The position numbers and the translations under genes are program-made. Below are positions 63,056-64,000 of a DNA stretch of 64,000 nt, in pieces. Source of the DNA: Candidatus Woesearchaeota archaeon (lineage in GTDB: Archaea > Nanobdellota > Nanobdellia > UBA10117 > ARS21); assembly GCA_964344605.1 (NCBI GenBank), contig CAYFNR010000002.1, positions 2,140 through 66,139 of the forward strand, given 5' to 3'. The notes beneath the pieces were generated by a model that did not search any database, was not told the DNA's origin, and saw only the letters and a list, made by a program, of their open reading frames with translations. The first letter of the stretch is position 1, and the number at the start of each line of letters is the position of its first letter.

Positions 63056-64000
63056 ATGAAAACTATGGCTGGCGCGCCTAAAGGTATGAAGGATTTTCTT
63101 CCCGAAGAACAGATTATAAGAGAAGAATTGTTTGGAGTACTTAAGGAAGTGTTTGAGAGATATGGATTTTCTCCCCTTGAAACTCCTGCTATGGAGAACC
63201 TGGGTGTCCTTACTGCTAAAGGAGCCGGTGGTACTGAGATTGGAAAGGAAATTTACACTCTCAAAGATAGAGGAGGTCGAAAATTGGGTCTGAAGTTCGA
63301 TCTTACGGTGCCCTTGGCTAGAGTTTTGGCTTCTAATACAAATATTCCTATACCTTTTAAACGATATCAAATAGATCGCGTCTGGAGGCAAGAGTTCGGA
63401 ACTAGGACAAGAGAATTCTGGCAGTGTGATGCAGATACAGTGGGTGCCAGTTCCTCCAGGGCAGACGCAGAAATGCTTGCAATAGCACGAGATATTTTCA
63501 AAGAGCTTGGACTCAAAATCACAATTAAATATAATAGCCGCAAATTGATAGAAAACATTTTGACAAAAGTTGGTATCTCAAAAAGCAAGCAAATATCTAT
63601 GATTACAGAAATAGACAAGCTCGAAAAAGGTAAGGGTAAAGTTCCATTGAAAGTTTTGAAAGCAATTAAATCTGCAAAAGTTTCTGATGATCCTGATTTG
63701 GCAGAATTGGCAAAAACCCTTAGAAAGTTTGGTGTAAAGGCTGAGTTTGACCCTACATTAGCCAGAGGATTGGAGTACTACACTGGAGCAATATTTGAAG
63801 TAGTTTCCAAAGATTACAAATACTCTCTTGCGGGAGGAGGTAGATATGATAATCTACTGAAAGTTTTGGGGGGCAGAGACTTGCCAGCAACAGGAATCAG
63901 CTTTGGACTTACCAGAATTTATGAATTAATTGTTAATCTAAAGAAAACAAAGCCAAGAAAGACTTTGACGAAAGTATATGTTGTTCCAATTGGTGCTGAA
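63056..64000 (+). CDS. hisS: histidyl-tRNA synthetase (5' partial, continues beyond window)
   Basis: N-terminal KGMKDFLPEE, motif 1 GFSPLETPAMENL, LKFDLTVPLAR, motif 3 GGGRYDNL; GGAGG Shine-Dalgarno 7 nt upstream; no stop before window end so absent from ORF track. Confidence 0.8.
   Translation, partial: MKTMAGAPKGMKDFLPEEQIIREELFGVLKEVFERYGFSPLETPAMENLGVLTAKGAGGTEIGKEIYTLKDRGGRKLGLKFDLTVPLARVLASNTNIPIPFKRYQIDRVWRQEFGTRTREFWQCDADTVGASSSRADAEMLAIARDIFKELGLKITIKYNSRKLIENILTKVGISKSKQISMITEIDKLEKGKGKVPLKVLKAIKSAKVSDDPDLAELAKTLRKFGVKAEFDPTLARGLEYYTGAIFEVVSKDYKYSLAGGGRYDNLLKVLGGRDLPATGISFGLTRIYELIVNLKKTKPRKTLTKVYVVPIGAE

Noticed and set aside
62966-63391. 141-aa minus-strand ORF
   Set aside because: It overlaps tRNA-His and the 5' end of hisS, which has clear class II aaRS motifs on the + strand.
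1-64000. CRISPR arrays, transposases, integrases, prophage genes
   Set aside because: No regularly spaced direct repeats and no recognisable mobile-element protein motifs were seen in any frame.

Overview
This window is an AT-rich, tightly packed archaeal chromosomal segment of roughly 35% GC. Gene content and the compact architecture suggest a DPANN or nanoarchaeal-like lineage: the primase small subunit is fused to the PriL Fe-S domain, Kae1 is standalone, and there are many short intergenic spaces and 4-nt gene overlaps. I found no CRISPR array, integrase, transposase or clear prophage.

Most of the window is core information processing:
- **Replication and repair:** MCM co-operonic with an RPA32-like OB plus winged-helix protein, RFC small and large subunits, Gins15, fused PriS-PriL, PolX, Hjc, a HerA-like ATPase and a family-4 uracil-DNA glycosylase.
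- **Transcription:** TBP, Spt5, Spt4, RpoE', RpoF.
- **Translation:** IleRS, AlaRS, the start of HisRS, aIF2 alpha and beta, aIF6, Pelota, diphthine synthase, deoxyhypusine synthase, Kae1, and many ribosomal proteins (L1, L10, L11, L12, L21e, L31e, L39e, L44e, LX, S19e, S24e, S27a, S27e).
- **Secretion and division:** SRP54, FtsY, SecE, FtsZ.

RNA genes read directly from the sequence are six tRNAs (Gln-CTG, Arg-GCG, Ser-GCT, Phe-GAA, His-GTG, plus a divergent Gln/Arg pair), an SRP (7S) RNA located by its domain-IV motif, and a second GC-rich structured ncRNA of unknown identity that may be RNase P RNA. Three short genes missing from the ORF track were recovered by hand: Spt4, L39e and S27e.

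The least explained region is a same-strand four-gene cluster at 50383..55331 encoding membrane-anchored and lipobox-bearing proteins, including two paralogous putative lipoproteins and a protein with a His- and Pro-rich cytoplasmic head. It has no recognisable enzymatic or ATPase component and is the best candidate for an undescribed cell-surface system.

Other notable observations:
- A secreted cysteine-rich repeat protein at 524..1765.
- A HerA-family ATPase with a roughly 220-aa C-terminal extension and no NurA, Mre11 or Rad50 neighbours.
- A split L11 versus L1-L10-L12 ribosomal cluster with AlaRS, glutaredoxin and a coiled-coil protein inserted.
- Lineage-specific Ala/Glu/Pro- or Lys-rich C-terminal tails on L11, S24e and L31e.
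- A DRG-like GTPase with degenerate G3 and G4 motifs.
- A 95-nt same-strand overlap between Gins15 and L44e.
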